Positions 37,871-51,800 of a stretch of 64,000 nucleotides of DNA are shown here, one piece after another. Positions within the stretch are counted from its first letter, which is position 1; every line of letters starts with the position of its first letter. Under the pieces are notes generated by a model. It was not told where the DNA came from and did not search any database. It was given only the letters and a program-made list of their open reading frames with translations. This DNA is from Octopus vulgaris (lineage: Eukaryota): NCBI GenBank assembly GCA_951406725.2, contig OX597815.1, positions 130,758,001 through 130,822,000 of the forward strand. Reading direction: 5' to 3'. The position numbers were made by a program, and so were the translations under genes.

Positions 37871-38638
37871 AAGGTGGTATCAAAAAGTTCCAGGACTAGT
37901 TAGTTATGTTAGATATGAAAAAAAAAAAGCTTATTCACCTAAGTTCTAACATCATCTCCTTCGAAATAGTCACCTTCTGCAGCAATACATCAGTCCCAGA
38001 GTTCCTGTCATATTTGCAATCCAGCCTGGAAGTCATTTTCCATAAGCAAGTCAAGGACCTTCTGTAATTTGCTCTGGGTCTTGACAATGGTGTTAAAATG
38101 GCAACCTTTCAGCTGCATTTTCATCTTGGGGAAGTCCAAAGATGCTAAATCTGGTGAATAGGGTAAGTGCAGAAGTGAATCCATGTTGTTTTGGCCAAGA
38201 AACTCATGAGTGAGGAGAGTTCGGTTACAGAGTGCATTGACATCATGAAAAATCCAATTCTTTGCGTTCCACATATCTGGTTGCTTTCACTGAATGTCCT
38301 CTCTCAAAAGCTTCAGAACATCACAGTAGAACTCTTGATCGATGGCAGGTCTTTCAGGGATGTTCTTCCACTTTTGAAGCACTTGTGCCACTTGAAACAT
38401 TGTATACAACCCATTGCCTCATCACCATAAGCTTGCAGAAGCATGCTCAATTTCTCTGTAGCAAAATTCCCAAGTTTGACACAAAATTTCACATTGGCTC
38501 TTTGATCCTGTCCATGACAAAAATCACAGACTACAGCATATACAGCAGTAAACACAGCAATGTCTGTGCATGCAAACATGTGCTGCCCTCTGTTGGTACA
38601 TTGCAGGACTAGTCCAGGAACTTCTTGATACTGCCTCA
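37871..38638 (-). mobile_element. Internally deleted mariner transposon
   Basis: TIRs AGGTGGTATCAAAAAGTTCCAGGACTAGT / ACTAGTCCAGGAACTTCTTGATACTGCCTC. HTH QRANVKFCVKLG..QAYGDEAM..FKWHKCFKSGRTSLKD and HLPYSPDLASLDF motif. Confidence 0.9.
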
Positions 38639-39082
38639 AAAAATAGCAGCCGACCCATAAAAAAGTAGACGTGAAAACAATAACATATCCCTGTGCATAT
38701 AAGTGTGTGTGTGTGTGTGTGTGTGTGACTGTGCATTACATTATCACTGCTATAGCACCTGTCCTTACATGAAAAGTTTAACACTTATACTTTTTAATTT
38801 ATACTATTCTCAGGCAATGCCAAGCAGTTTGCACTGAATAGACATGATCCCCACAAGCTGCAATGAAGATAACCCGTCTAATAGAGAAGAAACTCTACCA
38901 AAACTGCAAAAAGTGTTGAGGAGAGACTAAGGTCATGTTAGACAACCACTGTAGAGCAAATAGCATAAGAAAATGCACTCAGATTACAATATAAAGTGGA
39001 TTGTAATGGAAAAGTTATCTAACAGTGAAAAAAAAAAACAGAAATAAAAAAACTTAAAGCATGATACACAAATATTATAAAT

Positions 39083-41580
39083 CGATGCGAATAGTCTTAT
39101 GATTTGCAACACTAACTTCAGGAAACCGACAAGCCACCTGGTCACCTACCGATCGGGCCGGCATACTAGCCAAATCGACTACATCCTTGCCAGAAAAAGG
39201 GAAAGATGGCTGCTTATAAATGCCAAAACCTTCCCAGGTGAAGAATGCACCCCACAACATAGACTGGTAGTTAGTGACTTTAGGATCAGGACTAAGAGGG
39301 CAACTAGAAGACGACCAACATGGAGAAGAAGGGTCTGGAAGCTTAAAGACCCTGCGAATGGACAGAGATTTAGAGATATGTTATTTGAAGCCTTAGACGA
39401 AATGGAAGGGAGTATAGCTACGCATGGGGTAGAAGACAACTGGACGCTTCTGAGGGACAACCTGCTGAAAGCCGCTGACCAGATCTGTGGCTGGTGCAAA
39501 GTCCCCTTAAGACCCAAAATAACGTGGTGGTGGAACAATATTGTTGACAGGGCTATTAGACAGAAGAAACAGGCTTGGAAGGCCTGGAAGAACGGTGGTA
39601 GCAGGGAAGTGTATCAGTCTGCCAGAAGGGAAGCCAGGAGACAGGTCTATCTAGCCAGAGGGGAGGCAGATAAGGAAAAATTTGCCAATGTCCTGCGTCG
39701 TGAGGATGAAAGACTTGAGGTATTTCGTGTTGCAAGACAGTGTGTGAGAGAGAATCGTGACGTGGTAGGAGAGAAATGTGTTCGCAAGGATGACGGTTCA
39801 CTTGCGCTTAATGAGGATGCAAAGAGAGAGGCTTGGAGACGCCACTATGATAGGTTGCTGAATGAAGAAAATGAATGGGATAAAGAGAGTCTGCCGAATG
39901 TCGACCCAACAGAGGGACCAGCAATCCGAGTTAACAGTTCCTTAGTAGATAAGGCAATTAGAAGCATGAAAACAGGGAAAGCCCCAGGCCCATCAGGAAT
40001 TACTGCAGAGATGCTCAAAATATCTGGTGGTGTCGGCTATAGCTTAGTCACCCGTATAGTTAACCAGGTGATACACGAGGGGGTCATACCCAATGACTGG
40101 TGTAGCAGCATTTTAGTCACCTGCTACAAAGGTAAAGGCGACGCCCTAGAGACAAATAACTACAGGGGCATCAAGCTGCTGGATCAGGTAATGAAGGTTA
40201 CGGAGAGGGTTATAGCCCAACTAATTAGAGAGAGTTAGCTTAGATGATATGCAGTTTGGGTTCGTGCCAGGGAAAAGTACTACTGATGCTATATTCCTGG
40301 TAAGACAGCTGCAGGAGAAATACCTAGCCAAAGATAAGCCCTTGTACCTGGCTTTTGTTGACTTGGAGAAAGCCTTTGACAGGGTCCCCCGATCCCTTAT
40401 CTGGTGGTCAATGAGGAAACTAGGGATAGAAGAATGGTTGGTGAGAGCTGTGCAAGCTATGTACAGAGACGCTGCTAGTAAGGTGAGGGTTGGCAACGGG
40501 TACAGTGAAGAATTCCGGGTAGAAGTTGGGGTCCACCAAGGTTCAGTCCTCAGTCCCCTCCTATTTATCATAGTCCTCCAGGCAATAACGGAGGAATTCA
40601 AGACAGGTTGCCCCTGGGAGCTCCTCTATGCTGACGACCTTGCTCTAATTGCTGAGTCACTATCAGAACTGGAGGAGAAGTTTCAGGTGTGGAAACAAGG
40701 TTTAGAATCGAAGGGCCTTAGAATCAACCTAGCCAAAACCAAAGTCCTAATAAGTAGGAAGGTAGATCAATCACAAACGCCTTCAGGTAGATGGCCCTGC
40801 TCGATCTGTAAAAAAGGTGTAGGTAGAAACTCTATAAGATGCACCAAGTGTAAGCTATGGACACATAAGAGGTGCAGCAATGTCAAAGGAAGGCTAACTA
40901 GGAAAATAGTTTTTGTCTGTGGCAAATGCTCAGGAGCAATAAACACTGGAAATGTGCAGAGACCAACTTCTGCCACGTTCCAGGGAGACAAACTAGAAGT
41001 AGTTGATAGCTTCCGCTACCTAGGAGACCAAGTCAGTAGCGGGGGTGAGTGTGCTGAAAGTGTAACTGCTAGAGTAAGAATAGCCTGGGCAAAGTTTAGA
41101 GAGCTCTTACCCCTGCTGGTGACAAAAGGCCTCTCGCTCAGAGTAAAAGGCAGACTGTATGATGCATGTGTACGTACAGCCATGCTACATGGTAGTGAAA
41201 CATGGGCCGTGACTGCTGAGGATATGCGTAAGCTCGCAAGAAATGAAGCCAGTATGCTCCGATGGATGTGTAATGTCAGTGTTCATAATCGTCAGAGTGT
41301 AAGTTCCTTGAGAGAAAAGTTGAACCTAAGAAGCGTCAGTTGTGGTGTGCAAGAGAGACGGCTGCGCTGGTATGGTCATGTGACGAGAAAGGCTGAAGAT
41401 AGTTGTGTGCAAAAGTGCTACACCCTAGCAGTTGAGGGAACCTGTGGAAGAGGTAGACCCAGGAAAACCTGGGACGAGGTGGTGAAGCACGACCTTCGAA
41501 CTTTAGGTCTCACTATGGAAATGTCTAGAGACCGAGACCTATGGAAGTATGCTGTGCGTGAGAAGACCCGGCAAGACTAG
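39083..41580 (+). pseudogene. RTE endonuclease/reverse transcriptase ORF with one -2 frameshift
   Basis: ORFs 39099-40238 and 40249-41580 join if one AG is added to (AG)4 at 40227-40234 (giving LIRERVSLDDMQFGF). Motifs KAPGPSGI, NYRGIKLL, FVDLEKAFD, GVHQGSVLSP, YADD (40627-40638), FRYLG, RLRWYGHV, GRGRPRKTW. Confidence 0.93.
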
Positions 41581-43620
41581 TCAGGCCATAACCCTTCCCT
41601 CTTATGACACTTGTGAAGACCTGTTGAGGCAAGTGTGTGACACTTGTGAAGACCTGTTGAGGCAGAGGCAAGTGTGTGACACTTGTGGAGACCTGTTGAG
41701 GCAAGTGTGTGACCCTTGTGAAGACCTGTTGAGGCAAGTGAAAATCAAAAATCAAAAATCAAAAATCAAATCAAACCAAATCAAAATAGATGAACATCAA
41801 TGGAATTTGTATCTTTGTGGTTCCAGTACCGGTGGCACACAAGAAAACCATCCGAACGTGGCCGTAGCCAGTACCGCATCGACTGGCCTCCGTGCTGTGG
41901 GCACAACAAACACCATCTGATCGTGGCCGTTCGCCAGCCTCATCTGGCACCTGTGTCGGTGGCACATAAAAACACCATCCGAAGACCCGGCGACGTAGTC
42001 AGTCCACCTGTGCATACCTTCCCTCTTATGAAACTTGTGAAGACCTGTTGAGGCAAGTGTGTGACACTTGTGAAGACCTGTTGAGGCAGAGGCAAGTGTG
42101 TGACACTTTGTGAAGACCTGTTGAGGCAGAGGCAAGTGTATGACACTTGTGGAGACGTGTTGAGGCAAGTGTGTGACACGTGTGACACTTGTGAAGACCT
42201 GTTGAGGCAAGTGAAAATCAAACCAAATCAAAATAGATGAACATCAATGGAATTTGTATCTTTGTGGTTCCAGTACCGGTGGCACACAAGAAAACCATCC
42301 GATCGTGGCCGTTCGCCAGCCTCATCTGGCACCTGTGTCGGTGGCACATAAAAACACCATCCGAAGACCCGGCGACGTAGTCAGTCCACCTGTGCATACC
42401 TTCCTACTTATGACACTTGTGAAGACCTATTGAGGCAAGTGAAAATCAAAATCAAAATCAAATCCCAGCCTCATCTGGCACCTGTGTCGGTGGCACATAA
42501 AAACACCATCCGAAGACCCGGCGACGTAGTCAGTCCACCTGTGCATACCTTCCTACTTATGACACTTGTGAAGACCTATTGAGGCAAGTGAAAATCAAAA
42601 ATCAAAATCAAAATCAAATCAAATCAAACCAAATCAAAATAGATGAACATCAATGGAATTTGTATCTTTGTGGTACCAGTACCGGTGGCACACAAGAAAA
42701 CCATCCGAACGTGGCCGTAGCCAGTACCGCATCGACTGGCCTCTGTGATGTGGGCACATAACAAACACCATCCGATCGTGGCCGTCCGCCAGCCTCATCT
42801 GGCACCCGTGTCGGTGGCACATAAAAACACCAACCGAAGACCCGGCAAGACTAGTCAGGCCATAACCCATGGCCCCTACTTGGGACGTAGTCAGTCCACC
42901 TGTGCATACCTTCCTTCCTTCTTGTGACACTTGTGAAGACCTGTTGAGGCAAGTGAAAATCAAATCAAATCAAATCAAAATAGATGAACATCAATGGAAT
43001 TTGTATCTTGTGGTACCAGTGCCAGTGGCACACAAGAAAACCATCCGAACGTGGCCGTAGCCAGTACCGCATCGACTGGCCTCCGTGCTGTGGGCACGCA
43101 ACAAACACCATCCGATCGTGGCCGTTCGCCAGCCTCATCTGGCACCTGTGTCGGTGGCACATAAAAACACCATCCGAAGACCCGGCAAGACTAGTCAGGC
43201 CATAACCCGTGGCCCCTACCTGGGACGTAGTCAGTCCACCTGTGCATACCTTCCTTCTTGTGACACTTGTGAAGACCTGTTGAGGCAAGTGAAAATCAAA
43301 TCAAATCAAAACAAATCAAAATAGATGAACATCAATGGAATTTGTATCTTTGTGGAGCAGTGCCGGTGGCACACAAGAAAATCATCCGAACGTGGCCGTA
43401 GCCAGTACCGCATAGACTGGCCTCCGTGCTTTGGGGACGTAACAAACACCATCCGATCGTGGCCGTCCGCCAGCCTCATCTGGCACCTGTGTCGGTGGCA
43501 CATAAAAACACCATCCGAGCGTGGCCGTCTGCCAGCCTCGTCTGGCACCTGTGTCGGTGGCACATAAAAACACCATCCGAGCGTGGCCGTTCGCCAGCCT
43601 CGTCTGGCACCTGTGTCGGT
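41562..43620 (+). repeat. Higher-order tandem array of the RTE ORF-end/3'UTR unit (6 units) with nested 33-bp and (AAATC)n repeats
   Basis: GAAGACCCGGC recurs at 41562, 41981, 42363, 42512, 42836 and 43176. Nested unit TGACACTTGTGAAGACCTGTTGAGGCAAGTGTG. Confidence 0.9.
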
Positions 43621-44269
43621 GGCACATAAAATCACCCACTACACTCTCGGAGTGGTTGGCGTTAGGAAGGGCATCCAGCTGTAGAAACACTGCCAGATCT
43701 GACTGGCCTGGTGCAGCCTTCTGGCTCCCCAGACCCCAGTTGAACCGTCCAACCCATGCTAGCATGGAAAACGGACGCTAAATGATGATGATGATGATGA
43801 TGAAAGGTGACCAACGCCCACTCTGTTAACGATTATTGATAATACTTTTCTGATGAATAAATAACAAATCAATTTAAAGGTGGAAACATCTGGCTAACCC
43901 TAACCCTCCAACCATCACTAAATGATCACACAAATTTTCTTGGTTTCAAAATCAGAAAAGATATACATAGAAACTGAAAGAAGCCCATTGTGTGTATACC
44001 CATGTCTAGACATCATGTGATAGTTGTAAATGAGCCTCACCATCACACAAGTGATGTTGTTCATTTCCAGTCTTCCATGAAAACAGGTTTGGCCATGGGA
44101 AAATATTACCTTGCTTGGAAACATATGAGGGTTGATGACAGGAAGAGCATCCACCCACAGAAAAATCTGCCTCAATAAATACCATCCAACCCATGCAAGC
44201 ATGGAAAATTGGATGTTAAGTGACGATGATAAAGATGACAGTGAGGATGAGAATGATGATGACATTATT

Positions 44270-44480
44270 CCTTTCTACTCTAGGCACAAGGCCCGAAATT
44301 TTGGAGGAAGGGGCAAGTTGATCACATCAACCCCAGTACTCAACTGGTATTTAATTTATCAACCCCAAAGGGATGACAGGCAAAGTTGACCTTGGTGGAA
44401 TTTGAACTCAGAACATAGAGGCAGACGAAATACCGCTAAGCATTTTGCCCAGTGTGCTAACAATTCTGCCAGCTTGCCAT
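44270..44480 (-). mobile_element. SINE family B
   Basis: Reverse complement of the family B monomer. Further copies at about 5645-5780 (-), 17960-18185 (-), 18763-18945 (-) and 51730-51946 (+). Confidence 0.85.
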
Positions 44481-44819
44481 CGTATGGTGACAACATTACT
44501 CATAGGCAATTGAACAGCACCTACAGTCATTGCATTTTCAGCACAATCAGCACTAACAGAAAAACAAAAGGACCATTGATATAAATAACAAAAAGAGCCA
44601 TTGATACGAATGACAAAAACTTTGTTATGGTTAGTCTCTTTAATAAACATTTTGAGTAACACCACAACGGTATCTCTAGTATACATGATGGACATAGATA
44701 TCCTAGATATCGTTTGGGAAATGAAAATAAATCAAAGATCTTGGAGTTCTGTTATAGAGATGACCGAACTACTTTACAATTAATTTGCAAATAACTTCAG
44801 GAAAGCTGCCAGCCACTTA

Positions 44820-47035
44820 GTCACCAACTGGTCAAGTGAACATGCACATCAAACAGACTTCATATTTAGCAGGCAAAGGATGGGAAACAAGTGAATATTA
44901 AATCCTTCACAAGTGAAGAAGGTATAACTCAAAGATTTGTGATTAGTGGCTCCTGATTAATGATATTAGAGAGAGAGCTCAATAAACCCAGAGCTACAGG
45001 ACTAATTAGAGAAAGAAAATATGAGAAGATGAAACATCCTTGGCTGGATGAAAGTTTAGAAAAGTTGAAGTATATGGCAAGTAGCAGGAGTAGGTATTTA
45101 CAACTTTGACAACTGGTTGTTTCTACAAGGTAACAATACCAAATCAACAGTTGATGGAAGGTGAGAGATGTAATAGTCCAGCAGAAAAACCTATAGAAGC
45201 TAAACAACAGGTCAGAGAAAAATAGAAGGGTAAGGGCAAAAATATTGGGTAATTAGTTGTTAGCAAGGGGAGAAAGAGAAAATTGGAGGCTTGCAGAAGA
45301 ATGAAGTGTTCAAGATTGCAAAACTGTGCTAATGTAAATCAAAAAAGCTGTGGAGAAAAGTGTGTACAAAATAAGAAGCACACACGCACACACACACACC
45401 TTCACTGGCATCAATAAAAAAAATGCAAGGAAATGATGTTATGAGAGACAGCTGAATAAGGAAAATGCATAGTGGGTGGGGAGAGAGACACACACACACA
45501 CACACACACAGACTCCACCTCCAAGTACACACAACAGAAGGACCAGCTGTTGGAGTTGACAGCTGTAGAGTTATTTTGGTGGTCTAAAAGCATGATTAAG
45601 GAATTGAAAACAGCTGGTTAGTTAGGAATAGTCACTGACATATTGAAAATATCGGGTTAAGTGGGTCATGTTCATAGTTAAGTTATACAGGAAGGTGTAA
45701 TACTCAATGACTGCTATCAAAGTATCATTGTCATCTGCTATAAAGGCAAGGAGATGCTCTAGAAATAAGTAATTACAGAGACATCAAATTGATGGAACAG
45801 GTTATGAAAGTAACAGAATTACAAAACAATTAATCAGGAAGAAAATCAGACAAGATGCAGATTGAGCTTATGCCAAGATGAGATACTATCAATGCTCTCT
45901 TCTTTATAAAGTAAGCTGCAGTACCTAGCATTGTTGACCTTGATGGCTTTGACAAGATTCTATATGCTGTTGACAGGTGATTGCTAAAAGAGTTAAGTGT
46001 AGGTAAATGGCTAACTCTGCAGCCTATGAACAGAGATGCTATCACCAACTGAAAGTTAGCATTAAGCTGAGTAAGGAATTTAGCATATAATTAAGCACCC
46101 ATCAAGGTCCTGGTTTTAGCCCCTCCAAACTATAACATAGAAGTGTATGACTTGCTGATTGTGGGAATTCCAATATGCAGAAAAGTATTTCCAAATGTGA
46201 AAAGAAAACTTGGAATTATAAGGCCTGAACAAAACTAAGCAAATGCTGAAGTTTTAATCTGCAGTCCAAAATACAGGACTATACTTAATTGGAGAAAATA
46301 GCTTAGGTTGATATACAGAAAAGGTGTTGGTGTAGTATACTTTATGGAAATTATCAATGCAGAAGACATAACAGAATCAAAGGCAAGCTGACAAAAATCA
46401 AAAAAAAAAAAAGGATTTTGTATGCAGCAGGTGTACTGGAATGGTTTGTAGAAATAAATTCCTTCAAATCCCCTGGGAGTCTCTAAAAGTAGTGGACAAC
46501 TTCTGTGATCTAATTAGCTGTGGGGTGAGTTGCGCCAAGAGATGGTAGCCAAAAAAACTCAAGGAATTGTTACTTCTGCTGGCAACAAGCAGAATATATC
46601 TTTGAGTGAAAATCAGATTGTATGATGCCTGGGTGTTATGTTGCATAGTAAAAGGAGTTGTGCATTTAATACAAAGGATTTGAAAAAGTTTGAAAGGAAG
46701 TAGGCAAGTATTCTCTGTTGGATATGTAATGTTAGTATGAAATTGATAACAGAGCACAAATGAGCTGAAAGAAAAACTTTGTATAAAAGAAATCAGAAGC
46801 TAGGTACAAGATAGAAGAATGTACTGGTAAGTGCAAGTGATGTGTACGAAGGATATCATAGCTGGATAAGGAAATGTCAAGTACTCCTTGTGAAAGGAAC
46901 CCATGGGAAACATTGGAAATTGTGAAGTTGATTTCTAAAGGTTGAATCTCATGAAGAAGACAAAAAACTGCAACAATGTATGGAATGCTGAAATTGAAAA
47001 GGCTAACACAGGAATGAACATGAGAATGATGATGA
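44820..47035 (+). mobile_element. Old, heavily decayed RTE LINE
   Basis: 45700-45820 aligns to 40085-40205 (NDW..CYKGKGDAL..NYRGIKL.DQVMKVTE). Further patches match 40250-41500, including FVCSRCTG near 46415. Left boundary approximate. Confidence 0.75.
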
Positions 47036-48184
47036 CAAAAAACCCTCAAACAGAGACACCTACATACATGAAGAGCTACACACACATGAACCATGCAGAT
47101 ATAGTAAGACATATCATTATATACACATTATACATACACATGTGCTCATGTATGTCAGACAGTGAGAGAGACAAAGAGCACAAATAGAAGTACACACAAA
47201 TATTCTCAAAGCCAGACCTCTACACACACAAGTTCACACAAGTGAGTAGTTATTCATATAAGAACTGACAACGTTCTAACCTATGCCAGCCTGGGAAACC
47301 AGAAGTAAAAATACTGCCAATAAATATACAAAAACTTCCCATGCCTCTCAAAGCTATTTACTTATGGTAGAAACACTTGTTAAATACACATTGTCCCAAC
47401 AGCTACACATTGATTATTTACAATAATTGGACTGTGCTGTTTGAGAGTTAAGAATCATGATCAAGAGATGCAGTACAGTACCAAGATATAAAGTGTAAAT
47501 TGTTTGGCTAAAAGACTGACATACAAAAACAACAAAAAAAAGATCTTGTGTAACAGGTCAAAAGGAAATCACTACTTCAATATATCTCAAGTAGATAAAT
47601 AATAAAATTTTTCTGAAACATTTTGGGGTGACCTTTTGAAAAGAGACCATATCAAAACTGAAAATATTTGTCTAGCAATTTCCAAAAAAATTCTTTATTT
47701 CTTTAATTATTTTCCAGGTGACTTGCTTGAGTATAAGTATTGTTTTGTGTATGTATGTCTATGTATGTAAGAATATGCATGTTTATGTACATGAATATAT
47801 ATTTCTGTCTGGAACTTGGTGCAGCTTTCCAGCTTACCAGATTCAGTCAAACTGTCCAAGTTATGCCAGCATGGAAAGCAGGTGCTAAATGATGATGTGT
47901 TATACAGGCACTAACACAAATATACAATACATGCATGCATATAAACATATACTTACATACACAAATATACATACATGCACACGTAAATATACATACATGC
48001 ACACACATGCATACACACAAACACTTGCACACACATGAATACACACAAACACGTGCACACACATGAATACACACACATGCATACACACACATACATACAC
48101 ATATGAACACACACACACACCAAAAAATAGATAAACATAAATAATTCAGCTGAAAAAAAAGATATATACACACACACACACACA

Positions 48185-48838
48185 GAGGACAAGTTTCTTT
48201 CAGTTTCCGTCTACCAAATCTACTCACAAGGCTTTGGTTGGCCCGAGGCTATAGTAGAAACACTTTCCCAAGGTGCCACACAGTGGGACTGAACCCAGAA
48301 CCATGTTGTCGGTAAGCAAGCTACTTACCACACAGCCACTCCTATATATATTATTTTTACAATACTTTATTATTCTGACCATATTTATAAATACATACAC
48401 ATGCATACACATCCTTTCTTCCATGTGCAGACAGTATTCTTTTACTTGTTTCAGTCATTTGACTGTGGCCATGCAGGAGCACCACCTTTAGTCGAACAAA
48501 TTGACCCCAGGACTTATCATTTGTAAGCCTAGTACTTTTTCTATCGGTCACTTTTGCCAAACTGCTAAGTTATGGGGAAGTAAACACACCAACATTAGTT
48601 GTCAAAGCGATGGTAGGGGACAATGCAAGAAAGTTTTTCAAAGTTAAGAAAAGAATTTTTATTAAATTCTCCACACCCGAGTTAACAAAGAACTTAGATC
48701 TATCAAATCCACTCACATGGCTTTGGTTGGCACGAGGCTATAGTAGAAGACACTTGCCCAAGGTGCCATGCAGTGGGACTGAACCCAGAGCCATGCTGTT
48801 GGGAAGCAAGCTTCTTACCACAGCCACTCCTGCACCTA
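48185..48838 (-). mobile_element. Cluster of SINE family A fragments
   Basis: Two 5' halves (48185-48345, 48700-48838) and one 3' half (48437-48620), all on the minus strand. Confidence 0.8.
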
Positions 48839-51800
48839 TCTCAACAAATGAAATACTAAAAGCTGATGAGTTAAAGAAAATGTAGGCTAAATTGCTCAAA
48901 CACAGCTAATGGCAAATAAATTAACCTTTTGTTTAACTGTTGAGTAATATCCAATTAAATATCCTCTTATCATCTCATGTTGATAAAGTTATCCATACAG
49001 ACATATCATTTGGACATATAAATATACTTATCGCATTATATACATGAATATATGTACATATATATATACATACATATTTACACACACACACAAACACACA
49101 CCCTACTGTACCCAGTTCATTATCATTGTCTGACTTCCATGCTTTGAGCTCCAGTGTCTGCTCTGGCAAAGTCTGTATGGCTGGATGCTCTTCCTTATAC
49201 CAACTCCTTTACAGAGGGTGCATAGAGATTTTTTTTTTCCTGTTGCCAGCATTAATGAGTTTGAGTTTGTCAAGTAGTCTGAAAGACAAGACCTCTCGAC
49301 TAAGTTGGGGTGTAGTACGCAGGAAGGTAGGTTTAAACCAGATGTTGAGAGACAAGTGTATGAGAGAAGGAAAGAAACAAGGTCTTGCTGTAAAGGAGAG
49401 TCATGGCTACACCAGCTGGAAAGAGGGAGAAAAAGATGGTCGTGATGAGATGCATGTACCCTCAAGAGGGTGAATATAAAGGGGAAGAACAAAAATGGTG
49501 GTTGGGTAAGTTTGCAAAAATGTTAAGAGAGTAACAGATGATTAGAAGTGAGAACATAGATGAATGCAGTGAGTGGCAAACAGAGATGGAGGTATGATCA
49601 GTATCAGTTCATATCATCATCACCATTGCATGGATCAGATAAAATTTGTGGAGGTAAATTTTCTATACCAGATGCCCTTGCTATCACCAACTCTCACCTG
49701 TTTCCAAGTACAGTAATATTTTCCTATATATGTAGACATGTTTTTCAGGGAAGACTGGAAACAAACAACCTTGCTTGTATGATGATTATGTTCATTTACA
49801 ACCATCACCTGATGTCTATACAAAGGTGCACACACAAACACACTTGCACATACATATGCATATCACACACACACACACACAGGTTTCTTTCAGTTTCATT
49901 TTAAAACTACTTGATTTTTTGCACTGTCATGATTTGATTTTGCATCAATTAGGAAGAAGGCTAATTTTTTGAGGTGAGGAATAGGTATACAATGTAATCA
50001 TAACTGGAATTCCAGTCTATGCATTACTTTTAATACTGCGACATCATAACCAGTTACTTGGTCAGAATACATGGCAACCAAGCTATAAAACAAGATGATT
50101 GGATGTAGACATTTGTGGGACTGTCTACTTAGCAACAGTGATTCATTCAAATTGAACTCATTAAACTTCCATATACATAAGATATCTATTTTAAAATTAA
50201 TTTATATATATTAATTTAATTTTCCCAATTATCTTTTGCAATGATGAAAGCATAAAGATTTTTTAAAAAAACCCATCAAGGTTTCATATGTATTTACTTT
50301 CCCTTTTTATTCAATATATTTGTTTGAGACATGTATGTGATGAAAGAAGCATCTATTTGAGATCCATGTGGCATATATCCTATGTTCATGGCAAAATTGA
50401 GAAAAGTGAAAAGATACTACACTGGAATATTTTAGTGAAGTAGATAATCCTGTAGATACTAATGCTTTTTTTTTATGGAAGAATGTACTGTCTTTTACTT
50501 GAGGGTTCTTGAAACATTCCAAACAAAGAAACATTATTCCACCAAAGATGGATATTCCACTTTTGAATTCCTGTTTTCTTTATTTTGGTATTTCTTTCAC
50601 ATTCTCCGTTTCCAATAATGCATTAGCAATCCACTTGAACAGTCAAAATGTCAAACATTTATGCAGTCATTTTGAAATCATTCTGAAAATTTTGCCTTGA
50701 GTTCTTTATTTTTTCTTTTTTACTTTTTCTTAGCAACTTGAACCAATATGCCATGTTATAGGGAAAATGCTTCAACAAAAAGAAAAGCTCAAAATAGTTT
50801 TGCTTACAGTCATTCAGGCTATCATGAATGGCAAAAGAGGGAGAAAAAGAAACCATTGAAATGTTAATGTTATTTATTAGAAATAACAAGTACCTTCTTT
50901 GTTGACCAGCCATATAGATGATATAATAATACAATCTGTCTTAGTCATATCTACATTGTTTAATATTACATTAGTTCTATTTTGCTAACCTCATGTTAAA
51001 ATATAAACAACTATACTCTGTAATAAAGATTGCTACAATTACCCAGTCCAAAATCAGGTCAGACATCATTAAGCTTTCAGGTTGTTTTGTAAAACATTTG
51101 CACAATACATGCACAATAGAAAACTAACTCAGTAACATTAAGGTGTAGTAACTTTTTAAAAATTTCAATGCTAACAATTTCCCTAAAAGTTTAAATAATA
51201 AAACAAAACTTTTCAATTATTATATATTTTTTTAAAATTCAAATAATCTGATCTGAAGATCAGAAATTCAAAACAATTATCTAAAAATTTAAATTAAAAG
51301 GTAGATGCTTAGCGTTAACATTAAATAAATTCAATTATTATTACTATTATTATTGTTTTACTTCTCAGAACCAGGCCCATCTGACTGGCTTCTGTGCCAG
51401 TGGCACATAAAAAGCACCCACTACACTCTTGGAGTGGTTGGCATTAGGAAGGACATCCAGTTGTAGAAACATTGCCAGATCAGATTGGAGCCTGGTGCAA
51501 CTGCTGGCTCTCCAAACCTCATTCAAACCTTCCAACCCATGCCAGCATGCAAAACAGACATTAAATGACGATGATGCTGAGCACACTTGGTCTTGTTTGC
51601 TCTGGTTGATTCTGTGAGGGCAGATAGCAGCCTGTTGTCAGGTCTCAGAGGGTCTCTTTCTGCACATTATGAGCTTTGACATTTGGTTGTTAATTATTTG
51701 GAAGATCTATTATTATTATTATTATTATTAGTGAGCTTACAGAATCATTATTATTATTTGTGAGCATGCTGGAAAAATGCTTAGTAGCATTTTGCTTGTC

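Larger units (their letters stand above)
39083..43803 (+). mobile_element. RTE-clade LINE, 5'-truncated, young copy with long repetitive 3'UTR and (ATG)n tail
   Basis: Starts within the APE endonuclease (SQIDYIL, HRLVVSDF) and carries a complete RT. ORF stop at 41580, 3'UTR ends AACCCATGCTAGCATGGAAAACGGACGCTAAATGATGATG. No TSD seen. Confidence 0.95.

Noticed and set aside
41580-43620. Repeat-spacer-like pattern next to an RT gene (CRISPR, retron or DGR-like system)
   Set aside because: The intervening segments are themselves repeated, the RT is a non-LTR RTE type with APE endonuclease, and the context is a metazoan intron.
39061-43820. Target-site duplication for the young RTE
   Set aside because: Left and right flanks share no recognisable direct repeat.
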